Both the position numbers and the translations under genes were made by a program. A DNA stretch of 64,000 bases from Candidatus Latescibacterota bacterium (GTDB taxonomy: Bacteria; Latescibacterota; UBA2968; GCA-2709665), in the NCBI GenBank assembly GCA_965116875.1, contig OZ220733.1, positions 2,720,001 to 2,784,000 of the forward strand, written 5' to 3'. The notes under the pieces are model-generated. The model did no database searches, was not told where the DNA came from, and saw only the letters and a list, made by a program, of their open reading frames with translations. Below, piece by piece: positions 10,176-19,756 of this stretch (the first letter of the stretch is position 1; each line of letters begins with the position of its first letter).

Positions 10176-10399
10176 GAATCAACGGAGTGCACCAACGCTC
10201 TTGCTTCGTGATCGAGAACCGTTTCAACCTGCCATCGTTTTACGCCGGGGAACCACTTCAGAAACTGGTCGATCGATGCCCCATCTTTGAGATTCTCGAA
10301 CAGCGCGGAAAGAGGAACTCTGGTGCCACGGAAGATCCAGGTTCCGCTGACCTTCTTCGGATGCCGTTCCACCGCCTCGCAGGTTTCCCAATTTGCCAT
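10172..10399 (-). CDS. DUF433 antitoxin
   Basis: VERHPKKVSGTWIFRGTRVPLSALFENLKDGASIDQFLKWFPGV. Confidence 0.88.
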   Translation of the reverse strand: MANWETCEAVERHPKKVSGTWIFRGTRVPLSALFENLKDGASIDQFLKWFPGVKRWQVETVLDHEARALVHSVDS

Positions 10400-10565
10400 A
10401 CGATGACTCCACTTGCTAAATGCTCGGTATAACTTCAGCCAATAAAAAATATCGGGATTCGGTGGAATGAACAAGAACTTTATGGGCGGTGTCAGCACGG
10501 GATCGTTTCTGCTGTCGGGTTAAGGATGGCCTGGTCCGCAAGGGTTCCTCCGCAGCTGTCCCTAC

Positions 10566-11012
10566 CTACGCCACGTCACCGCTCGCACTCCGCGGCGCTC
10601 GCTGCTTCGCCATCCTGGCAATCAACGCGGTTCCAACGGCCGAAGCTGAGCTCAGTACAGTCACGGCGCTGACGGTTACGACGCCCCACAGCCAGAGCGG
10701 AAGGGCGGGATGCACCGTTCCTAGAACAAACGGAAGCACGCCAACCAGCAAACCGCTCACGGCTCCCCAGGCGGCGACCCGCGACAACGTCAACGCATCG
10801 AGTCTGCGGCGGCCCTCCGCAATCCCGATCGCCGCGGAAAAGACCGCACCGCAAAGGAAGCCGGGATACGCCCCGATCGCCACCCACATTTCATCCATGG
10901 ATCCGCCCGGGTCCACCATAATCCCTGTCAGCACGCCAATCGGCGACCATACCACGGCCCAGGCCGCGGCCACCAGGACGACATTGAAGATTCGTCTGAA
11001 GCAAATGCTCAT
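10566..11012 (-). CDS. Small integral membrane protein of unknown function (about 4 TM helices)
   Basis: Four Gly/Ala-rich hydrophobic segments in 148 aa. Confidence 0.7.
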   Translation of the reverse strand: MSICFRRIFNVVLVAAAWAVVWSPIGVLTGIMVDPGGSMDEMWVAIGAYPGFLCGAVFSAAIGIAEGRRRLDALTLSRVAAWGAVSGLLVGVLPFVLGTVHPALPLWLWGVVTVSAVTVLSSASAVGTALIARMAKQRAPRSASGDVA

Positions 11013-11425
11013 TGGATAATCCCGTTAATTCAGAAACCCAAACTCACATGGATAGACAGGATAAGCAGGACAACACCCAGGAACAGGACTTATGCTCGCG
11101 TCTCCGGGCTAATGCGATGAATTCTTACTTATTGTAGACCGCACAAATTCAAACTGTCCGATCGAATTCCGCATTCCTTTTCATTCTGTCGTACGAGACT
11201 TCGCTGAATTTATTGAAATACAACAGGTTATACAACGCAAATTCAGGTCTTCGTGAATTATTCACCATCACTGCTGTCTTAGAAAGTTGGAAAAGGACGA
11301 TCTTGGATGCGTAAGTACCTGTTTTTCTTGAAAGCCGTTTCGAAGTGCCAATACAGGTTCACATCTTTGGGCCACGGCTGTCCAGGACAGGAACAAATTT
11401 AAGGCCGGTGTGGTTGGCGTTCCCG

Positions 11426-11573
11426 GGAGCGAGGGCATCCTGCCCTCGGCGTCGGCTAACTCGTCGCACACAGTGTTTTCCGCGAGCCGGTGTCGGATTG
11501 AATGGACGCGTCAGTGGCTCGGCGCGAATAGGGATAGGCGACTCGAAGTTCGAGGGCAGGATGCCCTCGCTCC
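11426..11573. repeat. REP-like doublet: perfect 23-bp inverted repeats, each internally palindromic
   Basis: GGAGCGAGGGCATCCTGCCCTCG (11426-11448) and its exact reverse complement (11551-11573). Confidence 0.85.
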
Positions 11574-11727
11574 GGATATTCGCGGATCATGCCGTGATAG
11601 CGATCGGATAAGACGATTTCGGACAGGTGTGTCCGTTTACAGTTGTTTCCAGGATTCCTCTGGATTGCATCATTCAAATCTATGGCTGTCGTCGTGAGCC
11701 GAAGTCGTTCGAGCAGCTTCGGAATGC

Positions 11728-12111
11728 CTAAACATCTACCTGGTAGTTCAACGCGGCTTCGTCCCCCGTCATGCCGCGGAATCCCCAATTGACGGCAGGA
11801 GTCTCGAATAGGGTAATCTCCACATCAAACGGCGCGATTCCCAAATCCTCCTCCATCCGGTCGAACAAAAGGCGGATGAGCTTCTTCCTGGCTTCGGCTG
11901 ACCGCCCTTCCATCAGAGAAATTTCAATTACCGTGTACGCATCCGTACGGCCGTCGGGATAGAAAAAGTCCTCAGGATCCATCGGAATGAAGCGATGAGC
12001 GCGCTTGTCACCTGGAAATGACAGGGCGTCAACCATACATTCGTTGATCACATCAGATAACTTCGCCTTGATTGGATCCAGATGCTTCCTCAGGCCGTAG
12101 ACTCGAATCAT
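11728..12111 (-). CDS. Tautomerase-family protein (Tautomerase_2-like)
   Basis: LSDVINECMVDALSFP..KRAHRF...YTVIEISLMEGRS.EARKKLI...ETPAVNWGFRG. Start uncertain. Confidence 0.8.
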   Translation of the reverse strand: MIRVYGLRKHLDPIKAKLSDVINECMVDALSFPGDKRAHRFIPMDPEDFFYPDGRTDAYTVIEISLMEGRSAEARKKLIRLLFDRMEEDLGIAPFDVEITLFETPAVNWGFRGMTGDEAALNYQVDV

Positions 12112-12209
12112 GCGGATTCTCCGAAACGTCGCCGCGAACCGCGCCAACTCTATGGACGCGCACGATCAAACCATTGTTATCCGGTCATGGAAGAACCGAA
12201 GCCGGTCAC

Positions 12210-12474
12210 CTAGAGGCGGGAAATGAGCTGCTCGTAGGCGGCATGGGATCCAATCCAGAACCAGACAATCAATCCCTCAGCTCGCACGCCCACGGCACGG
12301 TAATAACGTGTGATCCGGACAGCGTAGATCGGTTCGGATGGGTGTATCTTTTTGAATCGCAAGCTCGGATGGTTCGGATTGATCCGAAAACGGGCGTAAG
12401 CAACGGCCGCTTGAACCTGGACGGGGAAGATCGAGTAGCGCGTCCCGAAAACGACGTGTTGTCCGGGATATCAT
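12210..12474 (-). pseudogene. RelE/ParE-like toxin, frameshifted
   Basis: MISRTTRRFRDALLDLP, frame change near GGGG at 12423-12426, then VQVQAAVAYARFRINPNHPSLRFKKIHPSEPIYAVRITRYYRAVG...VWFWIGSHAAYEQLISRL* (manual translation). Confidence 0.8.
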
Positions 12475-12689
12475 GAGCCGTGCGACTCGAATGGCTCAGT
12501 CTTGCCTGCTCGATATTCATCAAGGGCCTCATTTGCAAGGCTTGATAATTGCTCTGCCGTCGAGTCAAATGCGCGTTCCCACTGGCGCTCTGACGCCAAC
12601 TCCGCCATAAGGACGGCCGCAATCGCGTCCTGCTCATCATTCGAAAGCTTTTTGATTTCCGAAATCGCTGTTTCGAGGAGTTGAGTCAT
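12471..12689 (-). CDS. Putative antitoxin of the downstream RelE/ParE-like toxin
   Basis: 72-aa acidic protein (MTQLLETAISEIKKL..EQDAIA...W...F...LANEAL.EYRAGKT); ATGA overlap with the toxin start. Confidence 0.75.
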   Translation of the reverse strand: MTQLLETAISEIKKLSNDEQDAIAAVLMAELASERQWERAFDSTAEQLSSLANEALDEYRAGKTEPFESHGS

Positions 12690-12862
12690 TTAAGCCTCCA
12701 AATCTGGAGTACCCTACGTTTAGAGAGTTGCTCTGTAACTTGATTCATGAGTGCAACCTCTTCGCGAGGATGCCCACTAAGCCATCCGTTAATTGCGGTT
12801 CCGATTGCGCCTAGAGCTTGAAACGCAACTTTGTCAAAGTCGATAGTTTCTGGGTATGCCAT
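12686..12862 (-). other. Possible 58-aa ORF or gene remnant in lower-GC DNA
   Basis: Manual translation MAYPETIDFDKVAFQALGAIGTAINGWLSGHPREEVALMNQVTEQLSKRRVLQIWRLK*; the stop overlaps the antitoxin ATG. Confidence 0.3.
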
Positions 12863-13172
12863 CTTCAGTGACCCTTGAAGGAAAACTCCAGAATTCGTTG
12901 CTTCTTCACATCACGACAGAACTACCGAAGATATCCTTCACTCCCAAGGATTCGCGACTGTACGGAAACGCATCACCCTGAAATTTCTGCGCAACAAATA
13001 TACTAAAAAATGCCCCGTGAGGGGCATCATCTTTGGTTAAAACCAATCTGCTTTCTCTTCATCAGTGATCCAGTGGGATTCAGAAAACCGAGTTATCCTG
13101 TTCCGTGGCCGGGCAGCGGAATCTGTGGGGTAGTCATCCTTGGTACGCACAGGATGTCGTCCAACTGGACAG

Positions 13173-13406
13173 TCAGGGGACCGCAGGCGTTACGTCTCTG
13201 ACATGTAGAATTTCACCCGCCATAGGAGAACGTACGGCGGAATCTTCCAGGGTGAGAACGGCGATAGTTGTGCCGCGGGTATCGACGAACTCGACCTCGG
13301 ACGCTTCCTTGTCCTCGTATCTATGCACCACCGCCCCGACGTCGCCTGCCTCCAGGCCGTGTTCAACTATCGATTCCTTGAGAACGACCAGATCCAATTC
13401 AGTCAT
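13173..13406 (-). CDS. DUF4926 domain protein
   Basis: ELDLVVL...HGLEAGDVGAVVH.Y....EVEFV...G.TIAVLTL. Confidence 0.82.
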   Translation of the reverse strand: MTELDLVVLKESIVEHGLEAGDVGAVVHRYEDKEASEVEFVDTRGTTIAVLTLEDSAVRSPMAGEILHVRDVTPAVP

Positions 13407-13435
13407 CTTGAATCGATCTCTCCAGACTTGATCCC

Positions 13436-16400
13436 CTAAGCGATCAGCGCGGCGGCTTTTTCCTTGAGCGCGGGCAACAGGTCGTCCGCCGCACGTTCGA
13501 GCGCGGCGAGCGCTTCATTCGCCTGTTTCAGGTCCCCTTCGCGCGCCATGATTTCCAGCCGCAGCGCCGCCTCCACGGTCGAGTTGGCAAGAAAGACGGC
13601 CGCCGAGCCCTTCAGCGTATGCGCCGCGCGCCGCAGCAGGGTGCTGTCGCCGTGGCCGATCGCCCGCTTCATTTCTTCGAGGTGCCTGGCGTATTCCGTA
13701 ACGAACAGCCCGGCCAGTTCAGCCAGAATCGCCTCGTTACCCCCAACCTGATCCAGCGCCCCCTGCCAATCCAGCTCGCCGCCGTCAACGCCGGTCTCCG
13801 TCGGCATTTCATTGTCCGATGGGACATCGGTTTCCACAATATCGTAGAGGTCTCCCGCCCGGATGGGTTTGGGGAGATAATCGTCCATTCCCTCTTCCAG
13901 GCAACGTTCCCTGTCGCCCTGCATCACGTGGGCCGTCATCGCCGCAATTCGTACGTGTTCCCCTGTCGACCGTTCGCTTTCCCTGATCATTCGCGTTGCC
14001 TCCAGTCCGTCCATCTCCGGCATCTGGATATCCATGAGGATCAGATCGAACGTGTCGTTCTCCAGCGCCGCGAGCGCTTCCTTGCCGTTGTTGACGGCCG
14101 TAACCCGGTGGCCGCGCGGCTCGAGCAGGTCCACAATCACTTTCCGGTTGACCAGGCCGTCCTCCGCCAGCAGGACGCGACGCCTGTCGGCGGGCGGTAC
14201 AGGTTCCAGTATTCTGGGTACATCCACAGTCTGGACAACACTCACCTGCAATGCTTCCAACGTGGCATCGAGCAGGTCGGACTGCTTGACCGGCTTTGTC
14301 AGACACCGGGCAAGCCCCAACGCGTCACATCGCACGGCGTCGTGGGTTCTTCCCGCCGATGAAAGAATCAGTATCGGTACGCCCTTCGCCGCGGGATCCT
14401 CCCGAAGACGCTCCGCCAGGGCGAATCCGTCCATATCCGGCATCACCGCGTCCAGAAGAAACAGGTTGAACGGCTGATCCGTTTCGCCGGCCTTCCGAAG
14501 CGCCTCGAGCGCCGCCGGACCCGATTCCGCGACCTCGATCTTCATGCCCCAGGTTCCGAGCATCTCCTCGAATATGAACCGGTTCGTACGATTGTTGTCC
14601 ACCACCAGCGCACGGAGGCCCACCAGGGTCTGCAGGTCGGCCGCCGACCGCTTCGCCAACGGAGGCTGAGCCTCGAAGACCGCTGTGAAACAGAACGTAC
14701 TTCCCTTGTTCAGTTCGCTTTCCACCCACATCCGCCCGCCCATCATCGAGGCGAGTTGAGATGAAATCGCTAGGCCCAGCCCTGTGCCGCCGAACCTCCT
14801 GGACGTAGAAGAGTCGACCTGGCTGAACGATTCGAAAATCAACCGCTGATCTTCGGGTGCGATGCCGATTCCCGTGTCCCGCACAAAGAACCTCAGACGA
14901 ACGGTGTCTTCTTCCCGGGCGTCCACTTTCACGTCGACCAGCACGTCACCCTTTGCCGTGAACTTGATTGCATTGTCCACCAGATTGATCACGATCTGCC
15001 TCAGACGCCCGGGATCGCCAAGCAGCCGGTCAGGAACGTCCGGAGCGACGTGGCACGCCAGCTCCAGCCCCTTCTGAGTGGCTTTGACCGCGAGGGTCTG
15101 CACGGTATCCCCCAGCGTATCCCGGAGGTCGAAACCGATTGCCTCCAGGTCCAGCCTGTTCACTTCCAGCTTGGAAAAGTCGAGGATATCGTTCAGGAGC
15201 GCCAGCAACGCTTCGGAAGACTGTCTGCTCAACTTGAGGTACTCGCGCTGTTGGGGCGTCAGTTCCGTGTTACCCAACAACTCCGTCATGCCCATGATGC
15301 CGTTCATCGGCGTGCGGATCTCGTGGCTCATATTGGCCAGAAACTCGCTTTTTGCACGATTCGCCTTTTCCGCAATGTCTTTGGCTGCCTGCAGTTCCGC
15401 CCCCGAGCGCTCCAGGGCGACCGTGCTTTTCTTCAGCGCTTCGTTCGCCTCACGCTCCGCGGCCGCGGTCTTTTCCAGTTCGCGGTTCTTTTCCTGAAGC
15501 TGTATCTCGGCGTGCTTGCGCAGTGTGATATCCCGGACCGTGCCGATCATATGCACGTTCTGGCCCTCCGTGTCGCCAAATACGCGCCCTTTGTTTCCGA
15601 GCCAACGGATCGTCCCGTCCGGCCAGGCCACCCGGTGCTCCACTTCGAAACCCACCCCTTCCTTGATCGTTCGCCGCACCGCACCGCGGACCATTTCCCG
15701 GTCTTCGGGATGCACGAGTTCATAAAACGCTTCGCGCGTACCCTGGAATTCCTCCGGTTTGAGACCGAACAACGGCGCCACCAGGTCCGACCAGACCAGT
15801 TCACCGGTCAACAGATTGGAGTCCCAACTCCCCATACGGGCGGCTTCCATGGCCAGCTTCAGTCGGGCCTCGCTTTCTCTCAACGCTTGCTCCGATCGTT
15901 TCCGTTCGGAATCCACGTCTGCGAGAGACCGGGCGTACCACCAGATCAGAATATTGAGCGCTACGATTACCCCAAGCGAAAACAGGGACATTCCGGACTC
16001 GAACCCCAGAATTCCCTCGCCGTGAGGCCAGAGCCAACCCAGCGCCAGGGGTATCAGGAAAGCAGCCGGCAGCAGCCTGCGCGCCATCGACCCGCCGGCC
16101 GTTGTGCTGACAATTGTCGTGGTGGGCTCAAGGGCCGGCCGTGACAGAAACATGCCGATGCACAACAATCCGAACGCCAGTGTGGTATAGACGCTCAGAT
16201 GTACGTCCCACGATACCTCCCTGGGGGAGACCGCGTGGTAGAAGTGGCCGACCGCGTAGCCCGCGGAGAGGATGGAGGCGATCGATAGGCACGTCTGCGC
16301 CGGCCAGGCGTTTTCGCGGATACGGAAATGCCAGAGAAACAGCGCCAGGCCGATGAGAGCGAAGTTGCACGCTTCATCTCGCAACATGTGCCCGGCGCCC

Positions 16401-16708
16401 GCGCCGAACCCGATAAACTCGGGGCCCGCGCCGATCAACTCCAGGATTGCGAAGACAACGACGACCGCGCCGATTGCCTTCCCCAGAAACTGCCTGCGCG
16501 CGGACGACCTGCCGCTGCGAAGGAGCCACAGCGCCACGCCGGTAAGCACGAACATGCCCGCCGTCAACAAAGACATCCATTCGGCCACGGGTGCGCTGAC
16601 CTGCCATCCCGCCAGAACCAGGACGGACAGCATGACGACGATCAGATTCGCCGTTTGCGCGGCGATCGCGGCAATCCGGACCAGACGCGGATCTGCGTAA
16701 TCGTCCAT
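13436..16708 (-). CDS. Hybrid (unorthodox) sensor histidine kinase: TM-PAS-HisKA-HATPase-REC-REC-HPt
   Basis: Multi-TM N-terminus; PAS (VHPEDRE, WPDGTIRW); FLANMSHEIRTPMNG; NLVDNAIKFT, DTGIGI, GGTGLGL; two REC domains (LLDAVMPDMDG, LMDIQMPEMDG); HPt (AAHTLKGSA). Confidence 0.95.
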   Translation of the reverse strand: MDDYADPRLVRIAAIAAQTANLIVVMLSVLVLAGWQVSAPVAEWMSLLTAGMFVLTGVALWLLRSGRSSARRQFLGKAIGAVVVVFAILELIGAGPEFIGFGAGAGHMLRDEACNFALIGLALFLWHFRIRENAWPAQTCLSIASILSAGYAVGHFYHAVSPREVSWDVHLSVYTTLAFGLLCIGMFLSRPALEPTTTIVSTTAGGSMARRLLPAAFLIPLALGWLWPHGEGILGFESGMSLFSLGVIVALNILIWWYARSLADVDSERKRSEQALRESEARLKLAMEAARMGSWDSNLLTGELVWSDLVAPLFGLKPEEFQGTREAFYELVHPEDREMVRGAVRRTIKEGVGFEVEHRVAWPDGTIRWLGNKGRVFGDTEGQNVHMIGTVRDITLRKHAEIQLQEKNRELEKTAAAEREANEALKKSTVALERSGAELQAAKDIAEKANRAKSEFLANMSHEIRTPMNGIMGMTELLGNTELTPQQREYLKLSRQSSEALLALLNDILDFSKLEVNRLDLEAIGFDLRDTLGDTVQTLAVKATQKGLELACHVAPDVPDRLLGDPGRLRQIVINLVDNAIKFTAKGDVLVDVKVDAREEDTVRLRFFVRDTGIGIAPEDQRLIFESFSQVDSSTSRRFGGTGLGLAISSQLASMMGGRMWVESELNKGSTFCFTAVFEAQPPLAKRSAADLQTLVGLRALVVDNNRTNRFIFEEMLGTWGMKIEVAESGPAALEALRKAGETDQPFNLFLLDAVMPDMDGFALAERLREDPAAKGVPILILSSAGRTHDAVRCDALGLARCLTKPVKQSDLLDATLEALQVSVVQTVDVPRILEPVPPADRRRVLLAEDGLVNRKVIVDLLEPRGHRVTAVNNGKEALAALENDTFDLILMDIQMPEMDGLEATRMIRESERSTGEHVRIAAMTAHVMQGDRERCLEEGMDDYLPKPIRAGDLYDIVETDVPSDNEMPTETGVDGGELDWQGALDQVGGNEAILAELAGLFVTEYARHLEEMKRAIGHGDSTLLRRAAHTLKGSAAVFLANSTVEAALRLEIMAREGDLKQANEALAALERAADDLLPALKEKAAALIA

Positions 16709-16720
16709 ATCAACTGCTTC

Positions 16721-18376
16721 CTACGGAAACAGGCCTCTCAGGAGTTTCGCCTGCGTCACGCGGTGAATTCCTTCGATCAGCGCCGCCGTGCGTATATCCA
16801 GGCCATCGCGTTCGGACCGTTGAATCGTCCGCTGGAACGCATCGAGCAGAATCTGCCTGAGTCGGTCGTTGATCTCCTCCAGCGTCCACACGTAATTCTG
16901 CGTGTCCTGTACCCACTCGAAATAGGAAACCGTAACCCCTCCGGCATTGCCGAGTACATCAGGCAGAATAAACACCTCTCTTTCCTTCAGGATCTCATCC
17001 GCTTCGAGGGTTGTCGGTCCATTGGCGCCCTCGGCCAGGATTCTGCACGAGATCCGTTCGGCGTTGTCGGCGTTGATCTGATTCTGTATCGCGGCGGGAA
17101 CGAGGATGTCGCATGGGATTTCCAGCAATTCCCTGTTGCTCACGGCGTCTCCGTTCTCGTAGCCTTCCAGGACCCGGTTTTCGTCCGCGTGCCGCAGCAG
17201 CGAATCCACGTGCAATCCGTCAGGATTGTAGATACCGGTGGTCACGTCGCTCACGCCCACCACCGTGACCCCGCAGGCTTCGAGGAATCTCGCCGCGCTG
17301 CTTCCCACGTTTCCGAACCCCTGCACGACGGCGGTCGCGCCATTCAAGTCCATCCCGATGTGTCTGGCCGCCTCTTCGACCAGATACACCAGTCCCCGTC
17401 CGGTCGCTTCGCGGCGTCCTTCGGAGCCGCCAAGCACCACCGGCTTGCCGGTTACGACGGCGGGTACGGTATGTCCCATCTGATGGCTGTACGTGTCCAT
17501 CATCCAGGCCATCACGTTTTCGTCCGTGCCCATGTCCGGCGCGGGGATGTCCTTCTGCGGTCCGATAACGTCGATGATCTCCGACGTGTACCGCCGTGTC
17601 AGCCGCTGCAGTTCGCGCCGGGAAAGGACGGTTGGATCGATGCGTACGCCGCCCTTCGCGCCGCCGAACGGGAGGTTCATCAGGGCGCACTTCCACGTCA
17701 TCCACATGGCCAGGGCGGTGACTTCGCCCAGGTTCACGTCGTGATGGTAGCGCACGCCTCCCTTCGTGGGCCCCATCGTCAACAAATGTTGAATCCGGTA
17801 GCCGGCAACCGTCTCCACGTATCGGTGCTCGTCCCGCCGGAACGGAAACGTGACCACGTGGGTACGCTGAGGAAACAGCAGCCGCTGCCGGATATTGTCG
17901 TCCAGTTCCATCAGGTGCGCGGCCTTCAGGAACTGCTGCTGCGCCAGGCGGAACATCGGCGACTCCCACTCGGCGTGCTGCGCCCGGCTGCGTTCCACGG
18001 CGTATCGGATCGATCTCACCAGGAGCGGGCCGTCCAACTGTGATTTCACCAGATAGTCCTGCGCTCCCGCCTCAACCGCCCGCGCCGCCAGCTTGATGTC
18101 CTCCATTCCGGAGAGGATCACAACGGTCAGATCCGGATACGCGGCCCTCACGCGCAGATACGTCTCCAGGTCCTCGCTGTCCGGCAGTACCAGGTCCAGC
18201 AGCAGCAATTCGTATCCGCCGACAGCGAGCCGGTTCAGCCCTTCCGCGAGCGTACCCGACGAATCCACCTCGAATCCCGGGCCGTCGGACTCGGCAAGCA
18301 GTTCCTGAATCAGGCGGCTGTGAAGCGGATTGTCTTCAATCAACAACGTTTTCAGGTTTGTGCCCGGCATCGTCAC
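16721..18376 (-). CDS. Response-regulator receiver domain fused to a Glu/Leu/Phe/Val (glutamate) dehydrogenase
   Basis: About aa 1-130 REC (LIEDN, LLDLVLPD, ILSG, GAQDYLVK), then GDH motifs GPTKGGVRY, MTWKCA, PFGGAKGG, DIPAPDMGT, QGFGNVG, EGANGP, NAGGVTVSYFEWVQ in one frame. Confidence 0.93.
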   Translation of the reverse strand: MTMPGTNLKTLLIEDNPLHSRLIQELLAESDGPGFEVDSSGTLAEGLNRLAVGGYELLLLDLVLPDSEDLETYLRVRAAYPDLTVVILSGMEDIKLAARAVEAGAQDYLVKSQLDGPLLVRSIRYAVERSRAQHAEWESPMFRLAQQQFLKAAHLMELDDNIRQRLLFPQRTHVVTFPFRRDEHRYVETVAGYRIQHLLTMGPTKGGVRYHHDVNLGEVTALAMWMTWKCALMNLPFGGAKGGVRIDPTVLSRRELQRLTRRYTSEIIDVIGPQKDIPAPDMGTDENVMAWMMDTYSHQMGHTVPAVVTGKPVVLGGSEGRREATGRGLVYLVEEAARHIGMDLNGATAVVQGFGNVGSSAARFLEACGVTVVGVSDVTTGIYNPDGLHVDSLLRHADENRVLEGYENGDAVSNRELLEIPCDILVPAAIQNQINADNAERISCRILAEGANGPTTLEADEILKEREVFILPDVLGNAGGVTVSYFEWVQDTQNYVWTLEEINDRLRQILLDAFQRTIQRSERDGLDIRTAALIEGIHRVTQAKLLRGLFP

Positions 18377-18682
18377 ATCGTCTGCGCCTGGCGCGATTCA
18401 GGTTGCGAGGGTGTACATCGGAATATTTAGTCCGATCGGGTATTTGTGTCAAGTCCAAAGCGCTTTAAGAGCCGCATTTATGCAATTCGCCACGATAATG
18501 CCCGGTGAAACGGACCGGGTCAGATCCACCCGTCAAACGAGATCGAGGCTGCGCTTGCTCGCCTCTCATAGCCGGATTTTCCCGCCTTGACCGCCACTGT
18601 TTCGCACGCGCTCGGGAACGCACCGGTGAATTTCAAACAACTTCTTAGACGATCAGACCGGTTTCCGGTTGCACGTTATCCT

Positions 18683-19654
18683 TCACCGGTTCTCGCGCCG
18701 GAGGTCCAGCCAGTCCAGTTCGTCCTGCGACAGCCGGATCTCCATCGCCTCCCGGTTCAGGCGGCCTTCCTCGACCGACCTGCAGCCCGACACCGTAAAG
18801 ACGTTCAGAGGCTGGTTGAAGAGGTACGCCAGTGCGATCTGCGCCACGGTCTTTCCGCGCTGGCCGGCGAGTTCGGTCGCGCGCTCCAGCCGTGCGAAGT
18901 TCTCTTCGTACCCATAGACCTGTGCGCAGCCTTGCGTCATTTCATTCGCCATCCCGGCGATGTTCTCGCGCGTCAGGAGACCGGAGAAGAACCCCTGCGC
19001 CAGGCTGGACCAGGAAAACACGGGCATCTGCGACTCACGGTACCACGCTCTTTCCTCGGTCCCGCCGCGACCCGAGATACTCAGGCAGCCCTCCCAGACC
19101 TCCTTCACGCGCACGGCCAGGCTGAAATTCGGGCTGCTGGCCACAAAGGGCATCAGGCCGTGGTTCTTCGCATAGAGGTTCGCTTCGCGGATCCGATTCA
19201 CCGTCCAGTTGGAGCCGCCGAAGGCACGGATGCGTCCTTCGGCGGTGTGCTCGTTGAGCGTCTCTACGAGCGGTCCCACCGGCACATCCGGATCGTCCCG
19301 GTGAAGCAGATAGAGGTCGATGTAATCCGTCCTGAGCCGCGCCAGGGAATCGTACAGGTCGGAGGCGACGTCGAACACGGTTACCCTGCGGCCGCGGTCC
19401 GCGTTTGGATGGCCGCCCTTGCTGAGAATGAATACATCGCTTCGATTGCCTCGCCGGTCCATCCAGGCGCCCAATGCCCGCTCCGCCTTGCCGTTACCGT
19501 ATACCGGCGCGGTATCGAAACTGTTGCAGCCCAGGGCCCGAATCCCGTCGAGCAAATCGATGCTCGCCTCGAGATCGTCCGTCGATACCATCAACGTGCC
19601 CTGGACCAGCCGCGAGACCGGTTTGTCGATTCCTTCGACGCGGCCGTATTTCAT
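18683..19654 (-). CDS. Aldo/keto reductase
   Basis: FDTAPVYG, LSKGG, SLARLRTDYIDLYLLHRDD, GGSNW, QIALAY. Confidence 0.92.
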   Translation of the reverse strand: MKYGRVEGIDKPVSRLVQGTLMVSTDDLEASIDLLDGIRALGCNSFDTAPVYGNGKAERALGAWMDRRGNRSDVFILSKGGHPNADRGRRVTVFDVASDLYDSLARLRTDYIDLYLLHRDDPDVPVGPLVETLNEHTAEGRIRAFGGSNWTVNRIREANLYAKNHGLMPFVASSPNFSLAVRVKEVWEGCLSISGRGGTEERAWYRESQMPVFSWSSLAQGFFSGLLTRENIAGMANEMTQGCAQVYGYEENFARLERATELAGQRGKTVAQIALAYLFNQPLNVFTVSGCRSVEEGRLNREAMEIRLSQDELDWLDLRRENR

Positions 19655-19756
19655 GAGGGATCCATATTAAATATGATATGTTTTGTTATGTCGAAAAAGC
19701 GATCAGAGTAAGGCGCCCATTGCCCGGATATCGATATTCAATATCCGCACATCGAC

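Noticed and set aside
18421-18452. Minus-strand promoter for the REC-GDH operon
   Set aside because: TTGACA is present, but the element at 17-nt spacing (TAAATA) lacks the conserved final T; too weak to call.
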